Shown piece after piece: positions 16,264-23,878 of a DNA stretch of 60,002 bases. The notes below the pieces were generated by a model. That model was not told the origin of the DNA and searched no databases. It was given only the letters and a program-made list of their open reading frames with translations. Position numbers and translations under genes: made by a program. Every line of letters begins with the position of its first letter. The stretch's first letter is position 1. Origin of the DNA: an uncultured Gemmatimonadaceae bacterium (lineage in GTDB: Bacteria; Gemmatimonadota; Gemmatimonadetes; Longimicrobiales; Gaopeijiaceae); assembly GCA_964409525.1 (NCBI GenBank), contig CAYPDV010000002.1, positions 4,047-64,048 on the forward strand, given 5' to 3'.

Positions 16264-17115
16264 ATGAGCGACGTACGCACGGCGACCGGAGCGTCCCTCG
16301 GGGGGGCGGGCATCCTGGCGGTCTGTTCCTGCGGAGCGGCCACCGGCACGGTGGGCCTCCTCGGCGTGGCGGGGATCGCCGCGACGAACCCCGTGGTCCA
16401 CCCCTTCTTCCTCGGAGTCGGGGCCGTGCTCCTCGTCTGGGGGCTCTGGCAGATCAGCCGGAAGGCCGCCGTCCTCGCCGCCGGGGGGCTCGCCCTCATC
16501 GCCGGCGGCGCGCTCCTGGCCCCCGCGTCGGTGATGACGCAGGCCGGGATCCCGCATCCACCCGGGCACATGGCCGGATTCGCGCTCTACGTCCTCGGCG
16601 CGGCGGCGATCGTGCTCGGCTTCCTCCGGGCGTACCGTCCGCCCGAAGGAAGCAGAGGCGGATACACCGCGGCCGCGGGCATGGGGCTCGCCGCCGGGTG
16701 CAGCTGTTGCCTGGTGACCGGCTCGGTGGCCGGCATCCTCGGCACCTTCGGCCTCGGGATGCCCTGGATCTACTCCGAGCCCGTCATCTTCACGACGGCG
16801 ATGGGGCTCGTGACCTATGGCCTCGTGCGTCTCGGGGGTTGGCGCGCCGCATGGCCCGTCCCGGTCGGAGCCCTCGTCCTCTGGGGTGGCCCCCGGGTGC
16901 TCCGCGCCCTCGCGGAGGAGATCCCCTTCCACGGCGTGAACCTCCGCTTCATCCCGGCCTATCTGGTGACGCTCGCCGGCATCGGGCTCGTCCTCTGGTC
17001 CTTTCCGCGGGCCTATCGTGCCGCACGGGCCGCGCGTGAAGCCGCCCCACCGGCCGAGCCACCCGCGCCGCCGGCGGCGCCCCCGGTCCTCGAGGGAGCG
17101 GGCACGGCCGTCTGA
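16264..17115 (+). CDS. Integral membrane protein with intramembrane CSC / CSCC motifs (putative thiophilic-metal permease)
   Basis: 283 aa from ATG 16264 (RBS GGAGCGAGGA); the track ORF starts at 16216. About 8 TM segments with an internal duplication. AGILAVCSCGAATGTVGLLGV and GLAAGCSCCLVTGSVAGILG recall MerT/MerC-style Cys pairs inside TM helices. The C-terminal tail is Pro/Ala-rich. Confidence 0.65.
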   Translation: MSDVRTATGASLGGAGILAVCSCGAATGTVGLLGVAGIAATNPVVHPFFLGVGAVLLVWGLWQISRKAAVLAAGGLALIAGGALLAPASVMTQAGIPHPPGHMAGFALYVLGAAAIVLGFLRAYRPPEGSRGGYTAAAGMGLAAGCSCCLVTGSVAGILGTFGLGMPWIYSEPVIFTTAMGLVTYGLVRLGGWRAAWPVPVGALVLWGGPRVLRALAEEIPFHGVNLRFIPAYLVTLAGIGLVLWSFPRAYRAARAAREAAPPAEPPAPPAAPPVLEGAGTAV

Positions 17116-17212
17116 GCGGGAGGGAGCACGGCCGCCCCCTTCTTTTGCGGCGCCCGTGCGGGGCCCGTAGCTTCGCACGCTCCGGTCCGCTCCCTCCCCT
17201 CACCCGGCTGCC

Positions 17213-18124
17213 GTGCCCCTCCTCCGCGCGGACGATCTCACCAAGCGGTACCCCGGCGGGGTCGTCGCCCTCGACCGTCTCACCCTCGAGCTCGAGCCGG
17301 GGCTGGTCGGCCTCGTCGGTGCGAACGGGGCGGGAAAGAGCACCTTCCTCAAGATCCTCCTCGGGCTCCTCGCCCCCGACGGGGGCAGCGTCGAGGTGCT
17401 CGGCCGGGACCCCACCGCCGAGCCGATCGGCGTCCGCGAGCGCACGGGCTACCTGCCCGAGCACGACTGCCTTCCCACGGATCAGAGCGCGGCGGACTTC
17501 GTGGCGCACATGGCGCGGATCTCCGGGCTGCCCCGGAGCGCCGCCCGGGAGCGCTCCGCCGAGATGCTCCGCCACGTCGGCCTGTACGAGGCGCGCTACC
17601 GGATGATGGACGGCTACTCGACCGGCATGAAGCAGCGGGTGAAGCTCGCACAGGCGCTGGTCCACGATCCGGACCTCCTCCTCCTCGACGAGCCCACCAA
17701 CGGGCTCGATCCGGCCGGGCGCGACGAGATGCTCGACCTGATCCGGAGGACGGGCGAGGAGATGGGGATCAGCGTCGTCGTCTGCTCCCACCTGCTCGGC
17801 GAGATCCAGCGCGTGTGCGACCACCTCGTGGCGATCGACGCGGGACGGATCGTGCACTCGGCCTCGATCGGCTCCTTCACCCGGGAGACGGCCGTGCTCA
17901 CGGTCGAGGTGGACGAGGGCGCCGATCGCCTGGCGCGGCGCCTCGCCGACGACGGTGTGGAGGTGGAAGGAGACGGTCCCGGTGTGCTGCGGATGGCCCT
18001 CGACGACGACGGTCTGTACGACCTCGTGCGGGACGCCGCCGCCGATCTCGGGATCCCCCTGGTCCGGCTGCAGCGGAGACGCCACCGGCTCGAAGACCTC
18101 TTCCGGTCAAGCGAAATTGCCTGA
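17213..18124 (+). CDS. ABC transporter ATP-binding protein
   Basis: 303 aa. Walker A GANGAGKST, signature YSTGMKQR and Walker B LLLLDEP. Confidence 0.9.
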   Translation: MPLLRADDLTKRYPGGVVALDRLTLELEPGLVGLVGANGAGKSTFLKILLGLLAPDGGSVEVLGRDPTAEPIGVRERTGYLPEHDCLPTDQSAADFVAHMARISGLPRSAARERSAEMLRHVGLYEARYRMMDGYSTGMKQRVKLAQALVHDPDLLLLDEPTNGLDPAGRDEMLDLIRRTGEEMGISVVVCSHLLGEIQRVCDHLVAIDAGRIVHSASIGSFTRETAVLTVEVDEGADRLARRLADDGVEVEGDGPGVLRMALDDDGLYDLVRDAAADLGIPLVRLQRRRHRLEDLFRSSEIA

Positions 18125-19019
18125 CCTGACATCTCCAGCGGAGGGCACGGCCGGCACCCTCTACGACCTCGGCTACCAGCGCTACGACGGCGAGCGGCTG
18201 GGAAGGGGCTACGCCGTCCGCTCTCTCTTCCTGCACGGCCTCGGCGTCGTGTTCGCCGTGGGCCGTGGCCTCCGCTCCCGCCTCGTCCCGCTCCTCCTGG
18301 GGGCGGTGATCGTGCTCCCGGCCGTGATCCAGTCGGCGGTCGCGGCGTACAGCGGCGGAGCGCTCGAGCTCGTCCGCTACGAGAACTACTTCCTCAGCAC
18401 GGCGGTCGTCTTCGCGCTCTTCTGCGCGGCCCAGGCCCCGGAGCTCGTGAGTGCCGACCTGCGCTCGAAGTCCCTCGTCCTCTACCTGGCCCGCGCGCTC
18501 CGGAGAGACGACTACGTCCTGGCGCGCGTCGGCTCGCTGGCGGCGGCGGTCTTCCTCCTCGCCCTCGTGCCGCAGCTCGTCCTCTTCGCGGGACGGGTCT
18601 TCGTCGCGGCCGAGCCGTGGCCGGCGCTCAGGAGCGAGCTCCACGTGCTGCCCCCGATCCTCGCCTCGTCCACGGTGGTCGCGCTCATGCTGGCGACGAT
18701 CGCGGTGGCCATCGCCTCCTTCACCGAGCGGAGGGGGATCGCGGCGGGGGCCGTCATCGGCTACTTCCTCCTGGCCGGCGCGTTCGTCGACCTCCTACAG
18801 GGAACCCCCGGCGGGGAGAGCGGGGCCTGGCTGATCCTCGCCAGCCCCCTCGTCGTCCTCGACGGCTTCATCCACTGGGCGTTCGGCGCGACGCCCGACC
18901 CCCGGGGGCTGGTGGGGAGCCTGGACCTGCCGGGAAGCGTGTACGCGGCGGCGGCCGCCGGCTACGTGGCCTTCTGGGGAGCCGTGCTCCGGATCCGGTA
19001 CCGGAGGCTCGGCGGATGA
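18117..19019 (+). CDS. ABC-2-type transporter permease
   Basis: In-frame TTG 18117 of ORF 17955..19019 (start uncertain). About 6 hydrophobic segments. The stop overlaps the next ATG (ATGA). Confidence 0.65.
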   Translation: MPDLTSPAEGTAGTLYDLGYQRYDGERLGRGYAVRSLFLHGLGVVFAVGRGLRSRLVPLLLGAVIVLPAVIQSAVAAYSGGALELVRYENYFLSTAVVFALFCAAQAPELVSADLRSKSLVLYLARALRRDDYVLARVGSLAAAVFLLALVPQLVLFAGRVFVAAEPWPALRSELHVLPPILASSTVVALMLATIAVAIASFTERRGIAAGAVIGYFLLAGAFVDLLQGTPGGESGAWLILASPLVVLDGFIHWAFGATPDPRGLVGSLDLPGSVYAAAAAGYVAFWGAVLRIRYRRLGG

Positions 19020-19933
19020 GCACCCCCGGTGTGACGCTCCGCGGCGCGTCGAAGTGGTACGGCAACGTGGTGGCCGTGAACGACGTCTCCTTCCGGGTCG
19101 GCCCCGGCGTCACCGGCCTCCTCGGTCCGAACGGGGCCGGCAAGACGACGATCCTCCACCTGGTCGCCGGCTTCCTGCGCCCCTCGTCGGGCTCGGTCGA
19201 GGTCGACGGGGCGGTCCCGTGGAGGAACCCGGAGCTCTACCGGCGGATCGGCGTCGTACCCGAGCGCGAGGACGTCTACCCCTTCCTCACCGGCCGGGAG
19301 TTCGTGCGGGCGAACGCAGATCTCCACGGGCTGGAGGACCCGGAAGACGCGACGGAGCGCGCGCTCGAGCAGGTCGAGCTGACGGCGGACGCGGATCGGC
19401 GGACCGGCACCTACTCCAAGGGGATGCGCCAGCGGATCAAGGTGGCCGCGGCGCTCGTCCACGACCCGGAGGTGCTGCTGCTCGACGAGCCCTTCAACGG
19501 CATGGACCCGCGCCAGCGGCTCCAGATGATCGACCTCCTCCGCCGGAGCGCCGAGCGGGGGCGGGTGATCCTCTTCAGCACGCACATCCTCGAGGAGCTG
19601 CACCGGCTCGCGAGCCAGGTCCTGGTGGTCGTCGCGGGCCGGTTGGCGGCCTCCGGCGATTTCCGGGAGGTCCGCCGGCTCATGACCGACCGGCCCCACA
19701 CCTTCACCCTCCGCTCCACCGACGACCGGCGCCTCGCCTCCGCCCTGGTCGCCGAGGAGTCGGTTTCGGGGGTGGAGTTCGACCGGGACCACGTGGTGGT
19801 GCGCGCCTCGGACCGGGGCGCCTTCACCCGGGCGCTCCCGCGGATCGCCCGCGAGCGGGGGGTGGGCCTGAGGGAGCTGGTGCCCGCCGACGAGTCGCTC
19901 GAGAGCGTCTTCGGCTACCTGGTGGAGCGATGA
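19016..19933 (+). CDS. ABC transporter ATP-binding protein (second copy)
   Basis: 305 aa from the in-frame ATG 19016. Walker A GPNGAGKTT, signature YSKGMRQR and Walker B LLLLDEP. Confidence 0.9.
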   Translation: MSTPGVTLRGASKWYGNVVAVNDVSFRVGPGVTGLLGPNGAGKTTILHLVAGFLRPSSGSVEVDGAVPWRNPELYRRIGVVPEREDVYPFLTGREFVRANADLHGLEDPEDATERALEQVELTADADRRTGTYSKGMRQRIKVAAALVHDPEVLLLDEPFNGMDPRQRLQMIDLLRRSAERGRVILFSTHILEELHRLASQVLVVVAGRLAASGDFREVRRLMTDRPHTFTLRSTDDRRLASALVAEESVSGVEFDRDHVVVRASDRGAFTRALPRIARERGVGLRELVPADESLESVFGYLVER

Positions 19934-20700
19934 GCGGGAAGCGGGTCGGCCCCGGGGCCGACCGGGCCGTCGCCCGGATCACCTGGCGGCTCCTCCTCTC
20001 GCGCCGGCGCTGGCTCGCGATCGTGGTCGCGAGCGGTCTGCCCCCCCTCGTCGCGTGGGTCTTCCTGTCCCAGACCGGCGAGACCGGAGCCGGCACGCTG
20101 GAGATCTTCTACGGGGGACTCTCGAACGCGATGGTGCTGACCGTGCTCCTCCCGCTGATGGGGCTGGTGCACGGGACGGCCGCCTTCGGCCTCGAGATCG
20201 ACGACGGGACCCTCCGCTACGTGCTCGCGAAGCCCCTCGGTCGGTGGCGGATCGTGCTGGTGAAGTGGGCGGTCGCCACGGCCGTCACGGTCGTCTCGGT
20301 CCTGCCGGGCGTCGTGATCGCCGGATGGATCCTCCTCGGCGATCCGACCCACGTCCTGGTGCGCGGCCTCTCGGCCGCCGTCCTGGTGGGGGGCGCCGTC
20401 TACGGCGCCCTCTTCCTCGCGTTCGGGCTGCTCACGAGGCGGGCCCTCCTCCTCGGCCTCCTCTACGTCCTGGCGTGGGAGGGCGCCCTCGCGAGCCTGT
20501 TCCTCGGCGTCCGCGCCTTCAGCGTTCGGGAGTACGCCACGGCCGCCGCCCGGGCGGTCACGGCGGACGCCGTCGCGTTCGGGCAGGCCGCCGCGGTCGA
20601 GCCCGCCCACGCGGCGTGGCTCGCGCTCGGCATGCTCGCGGCCGCCCTCGCGCTCTCGATCCACCGGCTGCGCGGGCTCGAAGTGATGGAGGAGGTGTGA
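19930..20700 (+). CDS. ABC-2-type transporter permease (second copy)
   Basis: 256 aa from the in-frame ATG 19930 (ATGA overlap). Six hydrophobic segments. Confidence 0.7.
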   Translation: MSGKRVGPGADRAVARITWRLLLSRRRWLAIVVASGLPPLVAWVFLSQTGETGAGTLEIFYGGLSNAMVLTVLLPLMGLVHGTAAFGLEIDDGTLRYVLAKPLGRWRIVLVKWAVATAVTVVSVLPGVVIAGWILLGDPTHVLVRGLSAAVLVGGAVYGALFLAFGLLTRRALLLGLLYVLAWEGALASLFLGVRAFSVREYATAAARAVTADAVAFGQAAAVEPAHAAWLALGMLAAALALSIHRLRGLEVMEEV

Positions 20701-21056
20701 GCGGCTGCTGCGGCCTCGAGGAGCAGTTCGTCGTGTCGGCGTCGGCGGAGCTCGCGGCCGACACCTGGGCCGCCGTCCACCCCCTCGACCGGTGGAGCGT
20801 CCGCACCGTGATCTCGGCGCAGAACCTCGCCCGCCGCCTCCGTGGAAGCGACTTCCGGGTGTACGTGCATCCGCCGCCCAGCATCGAGACCCTCCTCGGC
20901 GAACGCGGATTCCGCCCCGCCGCCAGCGACCGGACCTTCGTGTGGGAGGTGGCGGTATTCCGGCGGGCGGCCGCGGCGGCCGGCCCGGCCGACCGCCGAC
21001 CGGTCGATCCCCCCGCACCCGAGCCCGGCCCCTCCACCCGCCCGCCCACGCCATGA
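20697..21056 (+). CDS. Hypothetical small protein
   Basis: In-frame GTG 20697 overlaps the upstream stop, and its own stop overlaps the yhbY ATG. There is no recognisable motif. The only support is its position in the coupled gene chain. Confidence 0.35.
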   Translation: MSGCCGLEEQFVVSASAELAADTWAAVHPLDRWSVRTVISAQNLARRLRGSDFRVYVHPPPSIETLLGERGFRPAASDRTFVWEVAVFRRAAAAAGPADRRPVDPPAPEPGPSTRPPTP

Positions 21057-21355
21057 CCCGCCTCACCTCGAAGCAGCGCGCACACCTACGCTCCCTCGCC
21101 CACCACCTGAAGCCGATCGTCCAGATCGGATCGGACGGCGTGAGCGAGCCCCTCCTCGAGACCGTGGAGGAGGCGTTCCGCACCCGGGAGCTGCTCAAGG
21201 TGAAGGTCCTCGACGGTGCCCCCGAGGATACGGAGGAGGCCGCCGACGCCCTGCGGGACGGCCTGGAGGGGGTGCAGGTGGTGCAGACGATCGGACGGAC
21301 GGTCGTGCTCTACCGTCCGTTCCCGGAGGAGCCGGAGATCCGGCTACCGGGATGA
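21053..21355 (+). CDS. yhbY: YhbY/CRM-domain RNA-binding (ribosome assembly) protein
   Basis: 100 aa. LTSKQRAHLRSLAHHLKPIVQIGSDGVSEPLLETVEEAFRTRELLKVKV...IGRTVVLYR matches the CRS1/YhbY domain pattern. Confidence 0.85.
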   Translation: MTRLTSKQRAHLRSLAHHLKPIVQIGSDGVSEPLLETVEEAFRTRELLKVKVLDGAPEDTEEAADALRDGLEGVQVVQTIGRTVVLYRPFPEEPEIRLPG

Positions 21356-21555
21356 ATCCGGTTGCGGGCTCCGGGCGGATCGCCAGCGAGATGAAGGAGG
21401 ACCCGGAGCTCCGGCAGATCCCGGTCGTGGTCCTCACGACTTCCGAGGCCGAGGCCGACGTGCTCGACGCCTATCAGAAGCAGGCGAGCTCGTACATCGT
21501 GAAGCCGGTCGACTTCGACTTCCGGCTCACGTTCGTGCGGCTACCGTGCAAGTGA
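21352..21555 (+). pseudogene. Remnant of a CheY-like receiver domain (C-terminal half only)
   Basis: 67-aa ORF. EMKEDPELRQIPVVVLTTSEAEADVLDAYQKQASSYIVKPVDFD corresponds to the alpha3-beta4-alpha4-beta5 part of a REC domain. The N-terminal acidic pocket and phospho-acceptor Asp are absent. Confidence 0.6.
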
Positions 21556-23834
21556 TGGATCTCCGCGACCTCTGCATCCTGCTCGCGGAGGACGATCCAG
21601 CCGACGTCGGGCTCGTCGAGGAGCACCTGTCGGAGTCTCCCGGAACCCCGCCCGAGCTCCTCTGCGTCGGCACGCTCGACGAGGCGCGGGAGCGGGCGGT
21701 CGACCGGAAGATCGACGTCATCCTGCTCGATCTGAATCTGCCGGACTCGAGCGGACTCGAGACGCTCGATCGCATGCTCGAGGTCGCTCCGGCGATCCCC
21801 GTGATCGTTCTCACCGGGCTCCGCGACGAGGAGGTCGCGTGGGAGGCGGTGGAGCGGGGCGCCCAGGACTTCCTGCTCAAGGGCGAGCTCACGGCCCCGA
21901 TGGTCTGGCGCTCGATCCGGTACGCGGTCGAGCGGACGGGGGCGGCCGCGGAGCTCCGGCGCCGGGAGGAGCTCTACAGGGCGCTCGTGGAGGGCGTCAG
22001 CGACGTGGTGAAGATCGTCGATCCGGACGGGATCGTCGTCTACGAGAGTCCCTCCATCGAAGGGGTACTCGGATTCCGTCCCGAGGAGCGGATCGGGGAG
22101 TCGTACCTGGACCTGGTCCACCCGGATGACCTCGAGGCCGCCCGCGCGACGCTGAAGGAGGTGGTAGCCCGCCCGGGGAGCCGCTCCACTACCGAGCTCC
22201 GCATCCGCCGCAAGGACGGGGACTGGTGCACCATGGAGCTCCAGGCCCGGAACGCCCTCCGGAACCGGGCGGTCGGCGGAATCGTCCTGACCCTCCACGA
22301 CGTCACCGAGCGCAAGCGCTCGGAGATGGCGGTGCGCGCGGCGGAGGAGCGCTTCCGGGCTCTGGTCGAGCAGTCGCTCATCGGCATCTACATCGTCGAC
22401 GAGGATGGACGCCTCTCCTACGTGAACCCCCGCTGGGTCGAGATCCTGGGGTATCCGCCCGAGGAGGCGGTCGGAATGCGGGTGAGCGACCTCGTCGCTC
22501 CGGAGGACCGCGCCGCCGTGGACCGTCGCATACGCGAGCGCTTCGAGGGGGCCGCCGAGTCCGCGTACTACACGCAGGAGATGTTCACCCGGGACGGCGA
22601 CGCCATCCAGGTCGAGGTCCACGGGCGAAGAGTGGACCTCGACGGCCGACCCGCGATCCTCGGCACCCTCGAGGACGTCACGGACAAGAAGCGGCTGGAG
22701 CGGGAGTTTCTACAGGCGCAGAAGATGGAGGCCATCGGGCGGCTGGCCGGCGGGATCGCCCACGACTTCAACAACCTCCTGACGGCGATCGGCTCGAGCG
22801 CCGAGATCCTGCGCCAGGAGCTCGCCTCGGAAGGCGAGCTGAGAGAAGACGCCGACGCGATCCTCGCCGCGGTCACTCGCGCCGGCACGCTGACCCGCCA
22901 GCTCCTCGTCTTCAGCCGGAAGGACGTGTCGAGGACGCTCGTCGTGGAGGTGGACGCCATCCTCCGGGACTTCGAGAGCCTCCTCCGCCGGGTCATCGGC
23001 TCGGACATCCGCCTCGAGATCGTGGCGGGCGCGGGCGAGACGTGCGTCGAAGCCGACCCCTCGCACCTCGAGCAGGTGATGATGAACCTGGTGGTGAACG
23101 CGCGGGACGCCGTCACCGGGGGCGGGACCATCCGGATCGAGACCACCGACGATCCGGCCCGGGTCGAGCCGTGGGCACCGGACCTGGTGGACACCGGCGG
23201 CCGCTCCGTCTATCTGAGCGTCTCCGACGACGGCGAGGGGATCCCCGACGACGTGTTGCCGCGCGTCTTCGATCCGTTCTTCACCACGAAGGGGCCCGGG
23301 AAGGGAACCGGCCTCGGGCTGAGCACGGTCTACGGCATCGTCTCGCGGGCCGGTGGAGAGATCGACATCTCCTCCGAGTCCGGCGTCGGCACCCGGGTCA
23401 CGGTCCGGCTTCCCGCCACCGAGCAGGCGAAAGGCGACGATCACGACGAGGGTGCGCCGGCGCTCGGCGGGACCGAGCGGATCCTCCTGGTCGAGGACGA
23501 CCCCGCCGTGCGCAGCGTGGTGCGCCGGATCCTCGAGCGGTCGGGCTACGACGTGCTCGACGCCGGAGACGCCAGGGCGGCGGTGGCGCTGTTCGAGGAG
23601 GAAGACGGCTCCGTCGACCTCCTCCTCACCGACGTGGTGATGCCGGACGTCTACGGGCCGGAGCTCGCCGACCGGCTCCGGGAGACGAATCCGGAGCTGC
23701 GGGTCCTCTTCACCTCCGGCTACACCGAGGAGGAGGTGCTGGAGCGGGTCGGGACGATCGGCACGGAGCTGCTGGAGAAGCCCTTCCACCAGGAGACGCT
23801 CCTGAGGAAGGTGCGGAGAGCCCTGGAAGACTGA
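21555..23834 (+). CDS. Hybrid sensor histidine kinase (REC-PAS-PAS-HisKA-HATPase-REC)
   Basis: 759 aa from ATG 21555 in ORF 21216..23834. N-terminal REC ([10 protein letters not shown]...ILLDLNLPD). Two PAS modules (VVKIVDPDG..., IYIVDEDGR...). H-box [10 protein letters not shown]-boxes DDGEGI and GTGLGLS. C-terminal REC ([10 protein letters not shown]...[10 protein letters not shown]). Confidence 0.92.
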   Translation: MDLRDLCILLAEDDPADVGLVEEHLSESPGTPPELLCVGTLDEARERAVDRKIDVILLDLNLPDSSGLETLDRMLEVAPAIPVIVLTGLRDEEVAWEAVERGAQDFLLKGELTAPMVWRSIRYAVERTGAAAELRRREELYRALVEGVSDVVKIVDPDGIVVYESPSIEGVLGFRPEERIGESYLDLVHPDDLEAARATLKEVVARPGSRSTTELRIRRKDGDWCTMELQARNALRNRAVGGIVLTLHDVTERKRSEMAVRAAEERFRALVEQSLIGIYIVDEDGRLSYVNPRWVEILGYPPEEAVGMRVSDLVAPEDRAAVDRRIRERFEGAAESAYYTQEMFTRDGDAIQVEVHGRRVDLDGRPAILGTLEDVTDKKRLEREFLQAQKMEAIGRLAGGIAHDFNNLLTAIGSSAEILRQELASEGELREDADAILAAVTRAGTLTRQLLVFSRKDVSRTLVVEVDAILRDFESLLRRVIGSDIRLEIVAGAGETCVEADPSHLEQVMMNLVVNARDAVTGGGTIRIETTDDPARVEPWAPDLVDTGGRSVYLSVSDDGEGIPDDVLPRVFDPFFTTKGPGKGTGLGLSTVYGIVSRAGGEIDISSESGVGTRVTVRLPATEQAKGDDHDEGAPALGGTERILLVEDDPAVRSVVRRILERSGYDVLDAGDARAAVALFEEEDGSVDLLLTDVVMPDVYGPELADRLRETNPELRVLFTSGYTEEEVLERVGTIGTELLEKPFHQETLLRKVRRALED

Positions 23835-23878
23835 CGCATCGGTCGCCCGCCGGCGCCGCGGTGGCCCCCGCCCGCCCG

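Noticed and set aside
1776-17178. Many long antisense or alternative-frame ORFs over the hydrogenase cluster (e.g. 1776..3023-, 2968..5175-, 5819..7888-, 7839..9485-, 9957..12353-, 13605..15266-, 14782..17178-, 2350..3597+)
   Set aside because: Typical stop-codon-poor frames of very GC-rich DNA. The translations are dominated by R/P/G/A runs without motifs, and each overlaps a gene with strong family signatures on the + strand.
23835-23878. Bidirectional rho-independent terminator between the convergent kinase and RND genes
   Set aside because: The region is GC-rich, but I could not find a clean stem-loop followed by a T-tract.
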